Below are positions 34,470-47,660 of a DNA stretch of 64,000 nucleotides, piece by piece. The notes below the pieces were generated by a model. The model searched no databases. It saw nothing but the letters and a program-made list of their open reading frames with translations, and was not told where the DNA came from. Position numbers and translations under genes: made by a program. Source of the stretch: Caecitellus pseudoparvulus (taxonomy: Eukaryota; Protista; Bigyra: Bicosoecida); NCBI GenBank assembly GCA_965644315.1, contig CBFFRQ010000014.1:1-64000 (forward strand), given 5' to 3'. Numbering within the stretch: the first letter of the stretch is position 1; each line of letters starts with the position of its first letter.

Positions 34470-37400
34470 ATGGCGTACTACCAAAACACGTTTGAAGCAA
34501 TAGCAAAGCAAAATGGTGTGTCCTTCGTCGGACACCGTGGAGGTGGCAGTGCAGGGGATGCAGGGCGGTGGGTGCTGTTGACACCTTGGCAGGTGAGCCC
34601 TGCCCTGAGCACAGCTTGCGCCAGGCAAGCTGCCCCTTCACCGCGCCCACTGCCACGCCCACGCACAGGTATGGCTGCTGGAGGAGTCCCTCCGTCACAC
34701 TGGTGGCCTGTCCTTCGAAGGCAGTGCTGGCGTGGACGGCTCCAGCGTGCACGGTGGTCCGGAGCACCTGCGCAAAGGCAGCGCCGGCGGTCTCTTTGGC
34801 CCGGGCAGTGCCGTCCCGCCGACCCCGGACGGGGAATTCCGCCTGATTAAGCTACAGGCCCAGAAAAAGCAGGATGTCGCCGAATCAGCCGCTGGCAGCG
34901 TGTTGGAGGCCGCCCTGCGGGGGGTGGGCGTTGGGCGGCAGGGGGGCGGCCCGGTCCCCGCTTGGCGTGCGGGGGGCGACTCAGCTGGTGGAGACGCCAT
35001 CGGCCCAGCATCAGGGGGCGACCAAGCACACCTGCAGGCGCGTGTGGGCAAGCTGTCCCAGCGCCTGGTGTCGGGCGCTGCGGATGTGGCGGTGGACGTG
35101 CAGCATGCTCGGGCCAGCGGCAGCGCCATCCCGAGCACAGGCGGGGTCAGCAGCGGAGAGTGGGCCCACAGCGGCGGCCAGCGCGGTGGTCGGTCCCCCG
35201 CCTCCACTCGTGCTCGTGTGCACCTCGCGGGCATGTCTGTGGAGGATGGGGATGTGCGTGTGGGGGACAAGGCAGCCGGTGTGCTTGCGCAGGCGCAGGG
35301 GGACGCCGCCACCAGTCGGAGGGGGGGTGGCACGGACCGAGCCAGGGACATGGCTCGGGTGGCGGGGAACAGCCAGGCGGCTGTGGAGAGTCTGGGCGTG
35401 CTGGCAGATGCCCGCGTGCACGCCATCCAGCGGGTGGGCAGTGACGGCGGCAAGTACGTATTACGCCCCAGCACCTCCGGCGCCGACGGCCTGGCAGAGG
35501 CTGGTAGCATGGGCCAGGCGCTGTTCGGCAGCGGACCAGGGGGGCCGCGCCTGCCCCACCCCGTGTCAGCCGCCGAGGGCGGGGAGGGGGGTGCCTCCAC
35601 CCTCACCCGCTGGCGCGGACCGCTCACGGGCAGTGGGGAGGACACTGTGCCGGCGTTCTCTGCCACGGCGTCGGGCCCGGCCTCGTCACTGCTTGGCGTC
35701 GTGGGAGAGGCGGCGCCGCCCCCCCTGCCTGGGGCATATGGCGGGCACGGACCAGGGGGAGGGGGCGTGGCGCCGGCAGCGCCTCCCCAGCTGCTGACTG
35801 GCCGGGCTGGCAGCTACCGCCACGGCCCGAGTGGTCTGCCACAGCGCAGTGCGGCGTCAGGTGGCCACGTGTGGCAGGCTGGTACCATGCGTGCGGCCGT
35901 GACGGTGGACATGGTGCGGGGGCTGCGGCAGTACATGTCCCAGCTGGGCACCCGGGACCGCCTGCGCCTGATGCTGGCTGAGGCCATGTGTCGGGACCCC
36001 ACCTGCTTCACACTGGGGTCCGGGTCCGGGTCGGGGGAGGGCGGCGCAAGTGGTGGCCATGGGTCCAGCACGCCCGGCCTGGGTACGGTGGAGGCGGTGC
36101 TAGGGGGCAGTGACTGTGTCACCCCTGCGACGCCCAGCGTGCGCGTGCACGTGGGGGGCAGCATCGTCAGCACCGCCCCTGACAGCCGCGCAGCGCACGA
36201 ACACGGGACTAGCCGTGGCTTTGGCGAGAGCGTGGAGGATGCGGAGAGTGCCGGCCGGAGCTTCCTCGCGGCGGCTGTGCGGGGGGGAGTGGGCGGGGAG
36301 GGCGCGAGGGATGGGGCGAGTGGGCCCCGCCCCAGTGTTCTGCTTGGGGAGGGCGGCGCCAACCCGGAACACCGCGCCAGCAGCGCCGTGCTGGGGGACA
36401 CCACCCCCTCGGCACCCCTGCTTGGGGGCAGGGACGGCCTCCTGCGCTTCCTGTACATGCGCATGGCACGGGAGCGAGCAGGGGCGCTGGGCGCTCTGAC
36501 GCAGGGAGGGGGGGGGTCGGCGGCAGCATCGCCCCCCCCCTACGGCTTCGCCGTCCCCGACCCCAGTGCCTCCTCGCCAGACCTGCCTGCCATGGGCGAG
36601 GACGGCGCGCTGACCCACGCGGAACACACCAGTGTCGTGGATGCGACGAACCGGCTGCTGGTGCTGGTGCATGTACTTCTGGCAGACATTCGCCTGTTGC
36701 AGTGGCGTGCCTGCAACCCTGCGCCCGTGACGGTGGACACTCGCCCGCCAGGCAAGATGGGGGACGGGGACGGGTACGTGTATGGGGGCCTGGTGTCCCC
36801 CGGGCACACCAAGACTCTGCACCTGCCCACCCCCTCGCCCGACATTCACAAGCCCCCGCCTGACTCAGCCTGGGGCTCGGTGTTGGGAGGGGGGGGTCAG
36901 GGCGGCGGCGAGGGGGGGGGCGTGCCCGCCTTCGCCACCCCCCACAAGCTGCACAGCGCTGCCACGGAGGGGGGCCTGCCGGTGGTGTCCTCCGTCACGG
37001 AGCTCATCGCCATGTCCAACCTGCCAGCACCCCTGTGGGGCCACGTGCACGACGCCCTGCGCCGTGTGCTGGCCCGCATCCCTGCCGCCCTGCGCCAGGC
37101 ATACCGCCGGCGGGAGCAGGAGCGCCACGCCGCCTACCGGGCCCGCGTGCAGTGGATGAAGGGACAGTTCGCGCGGGACCTGGCAGAGCAGCGCCGGCGC
37201 TTTGAGGAGGCGGCGGCACCGCTGTCTAGCAAGGTGCGAGGCCTGGAGCGGGCGCTGGGCATCGCCCGGACCCAGCTCCGGCGCGCCCGTATCCAGGCGG
37301 CACAGCAGGGGGTGGTGCTGAGCGAGTTGGCGCCCCAGGTCACCCGCCACGCCATCCAGGGCGTTCTGGCGGCGGTGTACGGGACGGGGGAGGGGGGGGG

Positions 37401-40400
37401 GCGTCTGTCCCCCCGTTCGCCTCGGGCTGGGGGGGAGGGCGCAGAGGACGGCTCGGAGTGGGAGGACGAGGGGGGTGAAGGGGGGGTGGAGGGGAGGTCT
37501 GGCCAGGACGGGTACACCCCTCGTGTCGGCTCTGCCCTCGCGCGGCTGCGTCGAGCTGGTCGCAGCGTCATGGCGGGAGAGGGGGGGCGCTCTCCCGGCA
37601 GCCCTGCTCACGCCAGTACCACCCTGCACATGGCCCCATCAGCCTCCCGACTGCCAGCTGGCAGCAGCGTCGTGCTGGGGTCCAACAGCAGTGCTGTGAA
37701 GTGCGCCCTGGGGCCAGACGGCTCTCTGACGTTTCGCGATGAAACGGAGTTCCTCGCAGCGGTCGTGGAGCTGCTGTCAGACGACGCCGTGACGGGGAAC
37801 GATGTGCAGGGGGCGTCAGCTGTGGGGCGCACAGTGCACAACAACCCCTTCCTGCGCGCCATCGCCGGCAAGATCCGTGACTTGGCGGAGAAGGCCCACA
37901 CCAGCCTGTACGAGCGGGAGGAGTTGGTGCGCAGCCTGCGCGAGTCACAGGCCAGTGTGGTGGAGCAGGTGAAACGCCTGCGCCGCCAGCTGGTGGTGAC
38001 GCGGTGGAAGGCGGCGGCGGCACACGCCACCCTGCAGCGCAAGTACACGGCTGTTACGGAAGAACTCATCATGGTGCAGCGTGAGTGTGGGGCGCGTGAG
38101 GCGCGGCTGGAAGAGGAGGCGGACCTGCTCTCGCGCACCCTGGACCTGGTGCAGCAGCGGGAGCGCAAGCGCGCCACTGGGCGACTGCAGGGCGCGGCCA
38201 AGGACTCCGCCGTGCTGCGGGAGGTGTTCGGTGAGGGCGCCGTGAAGACCATGTACGACCTGGCCTGCCGTATGCAGGCGGCGGCGGATGCGGGTCTGCC
38301 TCTGGTGCTGGCGGCACGTCAGGGCGGGCTGTTGCCTGTGGCGGAGGGTGACACAGGCGCCTCGTCGCCACCCGTCACGGCGCACACCGCTGCCGTTTCC
38401 GCCATCGGGGCCCGGCGACAGGCACCCTCGTCACGGTCGCTGCTGTCGTCACGGGGCTCGGCGGCGTCGCCAGGCAGTCGAGGGGGGGGTGACGACGACG
38501 GCGAGGGGGGGTCTGCCCGTGCCTCTCCTGGGGGTCGTCGCCGCAAGGGCCGGCGCAGGGGAGGCGGCTCCTCACGCCGACTGGACACCTCTCCCGGCAC
38601 AGGGTCCGGTGCCGGAGGTGCCGCGGCGTCAGCTGCTGCGGCCGCTGGGTCGCTGGCTCTGACGGCGGATGAGGCAGCCTTGCTGTTCGCGGTGCTAGTG
38701 GCGGGGGGGCGGCTGGAAGGCGAGGGGGTGGGTGGCGCGGCCACCCCCGGTGCCGCTTCTGCCGGCACAGCTGCCTCTGGTTTCCAGGTGACGCCCAATG
38801 GCCGGGGGGGCGACGCGGCACATCGTGTGGCCATGGCGCTGAGTCGAGTCGTACCGTTGGAGCGGGGGGGGGAAGAGGCCCCCTGGAAGGCCATTGGCAA
38901 GCCTCGGGTGCAGACGGAGGGGGGGGTCCTGTCCGGCTCCGAGGGGGGGTCAGGCAAGCACGACCCCTGGTCCATCTTGCAGCCAGGCGACGGTGCGGGG
39001 CTGGGCGAGCCAGGCAGCTCCACGCCACAGTATGACGATGGGCGGGGCGTGGGGGAGGGCATGGTGGGCGACCGGGTGGACCTGGAGGCGGGGGAGGTGG
39101 CCCTCCCGGATGCGCCCCCCCACCGCCGCACGGCGGGGTCCTCCATCAGCCGCACACTGCAGCGGGATGCCTCCCGTGCGCACTGGGGCGCCTACGGCGG
39201 CGCTGACTCGGAGTTGTTTGAAGACGACTTCGCGTGGTTGGAGGCAAACCGTGCGGGGGCTGTGGCGGCGGGGCAGGGGGCTGCCACGCCCCAGGCCCGG
39301 GCTACGGCGTCTGCGGGGCAGCTGGCGCCGCCCCGGGCGGAGGTGGACCCCGTGCCAGCAGGCAGTGACTCGGAGATGGACGTGCCTCGTCGCCGCCCCA
39401 GCACGGTGGGGCAGACGGGGCTGGCGCAGGGCGGCCGCGGCGCCGGAGGTGCTGGGCAAGGGGGGCGTGCATCACCTCTGGCGCAGTCCCAGCAGCAGCA
39501 CCCCAGCGACGGCGAAGGGCGTGTCACGGCCGGCACTGTCAGTGTCTCTGGAAGCAGTGCTCCGACGAGCCCGCCCCCCGGGCGTCGGCGGTACGGTCGC
39601 GAGACGCTGCCGTCTGACGCCTCTGCAGCTGCGGCTGTGCGGCGCGAGGCGGGTGGACTGGCCCATGTGACTGGGCGAGGCGCGGGGCAGGTCCAAGGCG
39701 CCGAGCAAGTGGAGGGGGGGGTCGAGGGGGGTGCGAGGGGGGGTCAGGCAGGCCCCGCCTCCAAGGCCCCTAGCGATAAGCGCAGCCAAGCAGGGGAGGG
39801 CTCAGACGGCGCAGGAGCCAGTGCACCAGGGTCGGGTGTGCCCCCACCCTCCGCCCCCCTGCACACCAGTGTCACGGGGGTGGATAAGCGGCGCCAGGCG
39901 CCCCTCGGCACAGTGCTGGACCACCACCGCGCCACCACTGTCGGCGCCTCGGACCTCCGCCCCGCCGACCCCGTCACCGTCCAGGAGGTGTCCACTCGAG
40001 CTGGGGTGAAGGAGCGGGAGGGGACCCCCACCTCATCCGCCCAGGTCTCAGACTTGAGCACGCCCCAGCTGACACGCACTGGGGACAGCGCCCTGCACCC
40101 TGCGAGTCCTGTGGACAGCGAGGTCGCAGCGGAGCTGGAGCGGGTCGCAGCGCGAGCTGCCCGACGGGAGGCCCTCGCCAAGGCGCGGGCCGAAGCGGGC
40201 ACCCTGGCACCCACTGCGTGGGGTGGAGGCCGCAGCACTTCCGGCAGTTTGCGGGCGTCGCCCACCGGCTCCCCCCGCAGCGCCAGCCCGCCCAGCCGCC
40301 AAGGCACTGGACTCTCCTCGCCCCTTGTGGCCGACAGTGGGGGGGAGAGCGGGCCAGGCATGCCCACCCTGCCGCCGCCGCCCACAGAGGAGCCTGAGGT

Positions 40401-43266
40401 GCTGGAGCGCGCAGCCCGTCGCCGACGGGCAGCCCGTGCGAAGCGGCGGGCGTCACGGGCGAAACGAGCCGCGCGATCTGGAGTCGTGCGCCGATCCCCC
40501 TCACCGGGCAGCTCCTCCGCCCAGGCGTCACGCAAGGCCACTCGACCACGCAGCGTGGAGCCTGGTTACCGGTGGGATGAAGGGGGGCACTTCCACACTG
40601 GGTCCACTGGGAGCAGCGGCACGGAGGAAGGGGAGGGCTCTGCATCCCCCACTGACTCTCTCAGTGCTCTGGAGGGCGGCTTTGTAGGCGGTACGCAGGG
40701 CGGTCCCCGACCCGCCTCCCGCGAAATACGCAAGCCCAAGCCCACGCGCCAGGTGGGCTTCGACCTGTCGCGGAACACTGTGGAGGCTGTTCGGGCCTAC
40801 GCAGCCCTGCAGGCGGAACAGGACGGTGTCTCCCAGCCTGGCGAGGGAGCGGGACAGCCGTCTGAGGCGCAGCAGCAGCGTCCCCTCGTCGGTGGCATCG
40901 TGCGTGAGGGGGGCTGGTCACAGCACGCGCCTGTGCAGCGAGTGCGAGGCCTGAGCGGCATGGCTTTGGGCACAGGCCGCCTGGGTTCGTCGGGTGGTCG
41001 GGCACGTGCCGCTGGGGATGACGACGACGGAGTGGTGGAGGGAGGCATCATCATGGCCCGTCCACCCCCTGGCCAAGGCAGCGCCCTCACCTCCCAACTG
41101 CACGGCATCATGGAGCTGTACCGTCGCCAGGGCGTCGACGGCGAGCTGCTGCGCGAGGCCATGGAGCGCGTCGCAGGCGCCGAGGCGGCAGCGCAACGTG
41201 ACAGCGACACCACCACCGATTTCGGTGCCAGTGGCGGCGAGGGCAGTGCTCCTCGGCATCGCTACCTGTATCCCTCTGGCAAGGGGGGGCGAGACGGCAC
41301 AGGGACGGACCTGCACTTCCTTGCCGTGGACGGCAGCTCCGGCCTGGCAGTCATCGGCCACGACACGTCATTCCGGCAGCAGCGCCGGGGCGGCCAGGTG
41401 CCGGCGGAGGGTCCAGCGGACCCCCGTGTCCTGGTGCCGTCCAAAGTGGCCATCGGTGGCGCTCTGACAGACTTCAACCCAGGCCCCTCACCCCAAGCCC
41501 GGGGGTATCTGTTCCGGCCCGGGCAGTGGTTCGACGCGGCGGCAGCGGCACAGGGCGCCACGACAGACGCCGAGGCCGAGACGGCGCTGGCAGGCGTCAC
41601 CCTGCCGCCGGGCATCACGCCGAGAATGTTCGCGGAATTTTCCCGGAACCAGGCCATCATGTCCAAAGCCATCCTGGAGGCGGCCAAGCTGCAGGGGGTG
41701 GGCCCAGCGCAGGCGCAGCAGCTGGGCCTGGGCCTCTCAGTGCTGTCCCTAGCCAAGGCGGGCAGGGAGGGGTGGACTGCTGCCATCACGACGGCACCCC
41801 CCCCTGCTCCCCAACTGGGCCCCCTGGCAAGCGTGCCACAGCTGCCCGGCTCCCTGCGCGAGTCTTTCGACCTGGAGCGCCTGCGAGCGGATGCTGGTCG
41901 GTTGCACCGGCAGTGGCTGAGCGAGGGCGCCCTGCTGGCGTGGACGCAGGAGGGGGGTCGTCCACCCCCCCTCGTGCAGCCGGGCTGGGAGAGCAAGGAG
42001 GGGGGGGACGGCGCATCCACCCTCACCTCCCTGCCGCCCGGCGAGATCGAGGAGTACTCCCTCTTGCCCTGGTACCGCCTGCACGCCCGGGCCCTGCCGG
42101 CTGAGCACGTGGCTGCCTTCAGCGCGGCGGTGGAGAAGCTGTCGTATTCGTCAGCGCGAGGCGGGCCGAAGAGGGGTGCCCAGCGACCCCCTGTCCCCCC
42201 TGCTTCCCCCCTTCGCCGCCCTGACAGCCAGGAGCTCCTGGTGTCGGATGCCGGGGACGACGACGGACCGGGTCCCGTACCGGTGCTGCCGCTGGGCCAG
42301 GCGGAGCTGGGACTGGACGGTTCTGGGCGGGGTGTGCCGATCGGACCCACGCACCATGTGCGGGGCATGACGCTCGCGGCTGTGCTGGGGCGCGAGGGGG
42401 GACACACGCCGCGCCCGCCACAGCTGTCCACAGGCGGCACGCTGCCCACGCCGTCTGCCATGGGGCGGACAGAAGGCGATGCCGATCGGCAGCTGCGACC
42501 TGCTCCGCCCTCTGCTCGCTGGGGCCAGGCGCACAAGCACTTGAGCCTGTCCAAGCGTCTGCGCTTCCTGCGCCTGCGCCAGCGGGGGGAGGGCAGCGGT
42601 CCATCGGCCGCCACCCCTCCTGAACCTGAGATGATGCTGGCCGTGCCGCAGTCGTCCATGCCCGCGCACGCCCAGCGCGTGGCACGTGCCAAGGCTGGGA
42701 TGGAGGCCCCGCGTGAGGACACGCCGGGGCCCGGCCTCACGGCGTCGCAATCTGCCCGGGGCCGCCTCAGCCGCCGCGCCATGGGCACTTGGCGAGGGGC
42801 CTCCCTGCCCAGCGTGCGGGGGGGGGCTGAGGGGGCACAGGCCGAGGACAGGGGGGGCCTCTCCGCTTCCCTATCAGCCGTGAGTTTGGGCGGCGGCAGC
42901 GTGAGCGCTCGGGGTCCCTTGCGTGCGGAGGGTGGGGCCACACCCGCCCTCCTGCGCCCATCGCCCGGACTGACTCGTTCCGCTTCTAGCGTCCTCTTCA
43001 CCAGCACCATCACCTCGCGCCAGGGCGCTGCCAGCGCAGACCCACTGCCAGATGGCAGTCGCCCCGAGCGCCAGCGACGGAAGGGCTCCTCCACTGCCTC
43101 TGCAGGGGGGCTCGGGCTCCGGCGAGGGGGGGGTCGTCTGGCTGCCCCCCGGGCCCTGCATGCTGCCGTGCGACAAGGGCTCTTGCAAGGCACTAACACG
43201 ACAGAGGATGGAGTGGTGCAGTACGGCTCAGCAGTCAGCCGGCGATCAGGTTATGGAGAGGTCTGA
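34470..43266 (+). CDS. Very large (~2900 aa) G/A/S/P-rich hypothetical protein with central coiled coils
   Basis: 2844-aa ORF plus a 5' exon (MAYYQNTFEAIAK...TPWQ, intron about 34593-34668). Heptad-like segments at about 37090-37310 and 37870-38190. Confidence 0.75.
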
Positions 43267-43435
43267 GCAGGCTCGCAACTGAGCGTGCCCTTGCCTACGC
43301 TCGACTCTCTGGGCAAATGCACTGGTTGGGCCAAACTTGCGAAATGAGAGCGTCACTTGCACCCGCTGCCGCGGAGCTGGACATGTGCGGCCTGGTGGGC
43401 GCCGCTCCTCCTGCCTGCTGCTCTGCCTCTGCAGC

Positions 43436-46400
43436 ATGCAGCAGCTTGCGCCAGGATCTGATGCGCGCCAGCTGGGGGGCCATCACCACCCAGACAATGG
43501 CAGCCACCACCACCACGGCGAATGGGGGGACTACTCCCCCTCCATGGCCGTGACCATCACCCTAGTCATTAGTTGCGGTGTGTCTGCGCTGGCTTGCTTG
43601 TGGATTTTCTTCACATTCTGGCGGTACAAGGTGTTGCGGAGGTGAGCGGTGCCAAGTGCAGTGCAGCTGCTCGCCTTTGCATTGTGCGCTGGGCACGGCA
43701 CAGCAAGCAGCTGACGCCAGTGCGAGCTGCGTATCAATGACGCATTATGCTTCCCACTCCTCTTCTCGCCCTGTGCTCCCCTTGTTGCGTGCTGGCCTCG
43801 CACCCAGCCCCAGCCGCGAGCCGTGGTGCACTCCTGTGCACCTGATAGTGCGGCACGCACCTTGCCCCCCCCCTCGCCCACAGGCACCCGAATGGCCTGA
43901 TCCTCTTCCGTTCCATCTGTGATCTGGTGTTCTGCGTGGAGGTGGTGGCCAGTCACCTGTTCCACCGGCAGCAGCACTTTCCCCCCGGCTCGGCAGGGGA
44001 CTGCTCCTTCTTCTCCGGCTTCTCGCAGTACTTCGGGCTGGCTGCGGAGCTGTACGTGCTGTTCCTGGCAGTGGATCTGGTCATCTCCGTGCACAACCCC
44101 TTTGCAGACTACCGCTGGAACAGCGTGTGGTACCACGGCATCGTGCACACTGCCAGCGCCGTGGGGGTGGGCCTGATCCTCACGGGGCGCACAGCCGACG
44201 GACTGCCGCTGTACGGCCAGGACAACTACTTGTCCGTGTGCTGGATCCGGCAGTTTGGGCGGGACGGGCAGGTGACGGCGTGGTGGTGGGGCCTCTTCAA
44301 CGTCCCCGTCGGCTGCATCTACCTGTTCATGATCCTCACCTTCCTCCACGTGCGCTCCCGACTGCACAAGGGACTGCCCGCCTCACTCTCAGTGCGCAAG
44401 TCCTCCCTCACCGTGGGCAGCAGCTACCTCTGCGTGTACGCGCTGTACTGGACCCTGGCTGGGGTCTGGTACATGGTGTGTTTCGTGGTGGACCCCCACG
44501 ACCCGCCCCTGCAGTTCCTCCTCATCTTCACCTGCTTCTTCGGCTGCCGTGGCGTCGTGACCATGCTGGTGTGGATGAACACGGACGAGTTTGCCCTCGT
44601 TCGCAAGGCGTGGAGCGCCTCGGCAGCCGCCCGCCGCAGTCACCGCGCCGCCCTGGCGTGGGCACGGGACGCCAGGGAGGCCTCCCTGTCCCAAGGGCCC
44701 AAGTCCGTCCCCAGGCCCCTCGTCTGGGGCGCCAGCCTGCCCAACAGCCTGCCTATCGCCGACTATGCCTCGCTCCTTGATGGTGCGCCACCGATGCCGG
44801 TGGGCAGGGAGGGGGATGAGGAGTCCCCGTGGGCTGGCGTCGCCCCCACTGGCCCCTCCCGTGGCCGTGGTGAGTCGGACACCTCAGCAGCCTCGGAGAG
44901 CACCGTGCTCACGGTGGACCTGGCACGCATGACGCCAGTGGCGGCCGATGCGGCGGCGGCTCGCCAAGCCGAGCTGCGATGGAAAGCTGTCAACGCGCCA
45001 GACCTGCGGCCCTACCTGAACGTCGCACTGCGGAAGGAGATCATTTTCTACACGACGCTTGGCATCCGGGTGGCGGTGGCGGTGTCCCATGCCCGTCGTA
45101 GCGATGCCATGGAGATCCCCCCCGCCGCCAGCCGCCGCATCAAGCACCGCCGCACACGGGAGGGCCACGCTGACGTCACCATCCGCCTTCCCCGCAAGCA
45201 CGAAATCTCCGGGTGGTCGCTGGAGGTGGCGCTGGCTGCCGCGCACGCCGCTGCGCGGGAGGAACACAGGTGGCACGACGCTCTGCACGCGCTGGCGCAC
45301 GACGTGACGGGGGAAGGGGGCCCCCTGTCGCCCCCCCTGCACGGCAAGGCGGGTCCCCCCCCCCAGCGCAGTGTGTCCGACCTGGCACCTGGCGCAGATG
45401 CCAAGGCGCTGGGGGGGAGCGGTGGCGGGCAGGGGGGGGGACAGCCCATGCTGCGGGGCTGGGCAGGCGCATCCCCTGTGCGCCACAGCAGTCTGGGCCG
45501 CAGCAAGCCGTCCGAGCTGGGCATGCGGCAGTTGCTGTGGTTGCTGGAGGGCGGCGGGCCGGGCAGCCAGACGACTCCCCCGACGGCGTCTGACTCGCCG
45601 CGCCTCAGCCCCCACCCCAGCGCCGTGGGCCCTGCTGGCCTGCCTCGTGAGGAAGAGGAGGCTTCCTGGATACCCTGGTGCTCGCCGTTCGACCTGTGCT
45701 GCCCAGCGGACACGCACACCTTCCGCTTCCACGACCTGGCGCCTGACCTCTTTGCCCAGATCCGCGCCGCGTCAGGCGTGTCGGACGAGGACTACATCGG
45801 CGCCCTGGAGCACACGAAGCGCGAGAAGTTCTCAGAGGGCGCCTCGGGCGCCTTCCTCTACTTCTCCTCCGACGAGCGGTTCATCGTGAAGACCATGACG
45901 CAGGAGGAGCGCAGCGTCCTGCTGTCCATCCTACCAGCCTATGCAGCTCACCTACAAGCCTTCCCCGGCTCCACCCTCACGCGGTGGCTGGGCTGCCACA
46001 CCATTGTCATGTATGGCACGGCCATGCACTTCATCGTCATGAAGAATGTCCTCTACACAGGCAGCGTCTCCATCCAGGAGCGCTACGATTTGAAGGGGTC
46101 CTGGGTACAGCGCCACCGCATGCCGCTGGAGCGCGGCGCGCGAACCAGCTGCAGGTACTGCCGGCAGCAGTTCACAGTGGGCGCGGAGCGCTCCGACAAC
46201 ATGTGCCCCTCCCGCCCCAACCGCACCCACGTCGCCAACACGGTGCTGAAGGACAACGACCTGAACCAAAAACTGCACCTGCCGGCAGAGCAGAGCCAGG
46301 CACTGGGCAGGCAGCTCATTGAGGACGTGTCCTTCCTGGCCAAGTGCGGCATCATGGACTACTCCCTCCTCGTGGGCGTGCACCGCTCTCGCTTCCGCCT

Positions 46401-47457
46401 CACCCACGCCCCAGACGCCACGCCCCAGCACCGGCCGGCCGCGGCAGGGCACGGGGAACACACCTCAGCACCGGCCACACCCGTGCCCAAGTATGACGAG
46501 GCGGCCCGCACCTCAGCCCGCGCCGTGTCTCACCACCTGGACGCCGAGCGCGCGGCCCGTCTGGGTCACTGCCTCGTGCAGGAGTCACGGGCCATGCCGG
46601 CGTGGGGCTTAACGGCTGAGGGCTTGGAGCACCCCACCCTGGACCCTGATGCAAACCCAGACGGGGCTCCCCCTTCCCGGCCCTCCTGGAGCCTGCAAAG
46701 CGAGCAGGGCATGCCGGCAGCGCAGGGGGTGCACGGTACCCCCCTGTCCCCCAGCAAACCCAGTCCGGTGGCGGTGCCGGCCTCGCCCGGCGGCACAGTG
46801 CTGGGGGCGCTGGGCCCACCACCCGCTACGCGCCGGGCACCCCCGGGCCCCTCTTCCCTGTCCCGTGAGACGGCCGGTCTGCGGCCGGTGACGTCACACG
46901 GCTCCCTGGCCACCCTCACCTCCGCCGATCCGGGCGGGGGTGTGTACGTGGAGGAGGGGGGGCAGGCCCACCTGGCCAGGGCCCGTAGCCTCTCCCGCGG
47001 CAGCACGGGGACCTCCCCCATCGTGCCTCTCCGGCGAACAGGCTCCATGGGGCGACTAGAGGGCTCCTCAAACCGCCAGGCACACATGCCTCTGCTCTCG
47101 CTGGACAGTGCCAGCGGCAGCAGGGGGGTGGGAGGGGGGGGCTCGGGGGGCAACTTGGCCCACCTCCCGCTAGGCAGCGCCCCCGGGGACATTGGACTGC
47201 GGGCTGCCGTGATAGAAGCCCCCAGCGTGTACTACATCGGGCTCATTGACATTTTGCAGCGCTTCACGTGGCGCAAATGGCTGGAGCGTGCTGCCAAGAC
47301 CACCCTGCTCATGCGTCCGTCAGCTGGCGTGTCGGCAGTGCCCCCCGACCAGTACGCAGCACGCTTCCGGGCTCGCGTCGTGTCTCAACTCCTGCATGGT
47401 TTCGTGGACGGTGAAGTGCACCCTGACCATGCGCTGTACGCGCCGTACCTGCAGTAG
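43436..47457 (+). CDS. GPCR-PIP kinase fusion (7TM receptor plus phosphatidylinositol-phosphate kinase domain)
   Basis: Seven hydrophobic segments (TM1 in exon 1, intron 43642-43883, LRRHPN junction). Linker LRKEIIFYTTLGI. PIPK motifs FSEGASGAFLYFSSDERFIVKT, MKNV, YDLKGS, LKDNDL, IMDYSLLVG, YIGLIDILQ, SAVPPDQYAARF. Start may be 43436 or 43544. Confidence 0.92.
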
Positions 47458-47660
47458 GCAGGGGCGCCACACTGCCGCACGACGTGCCCAAAAACCCCTA
47501 CGCAAGTTCGCCCAGCACGAATACATGTCCTTTCCCTTGCCCGCTTTGGCGCGAGGCTGTCTCTGGCTCAGCTTGCTCGACGCCAGCCCACTTGTGGTGT
47601 TGGTGTGGTGAAAACCAGCGAAGCTCTGCCCAAGGCGAGAGCCCTTCAGCTGCTCGGACA

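Noticed and set aside
41262-43199. Long antisense or alternative-frame ORFs (645 aa here; also 60854-62026, 56105-57184, 15128-16111, 1584-2537)
   Set aside because: These are shadows of real genes. Stop codons are scarce in high-GC coding DNA, and the translations show no domains.
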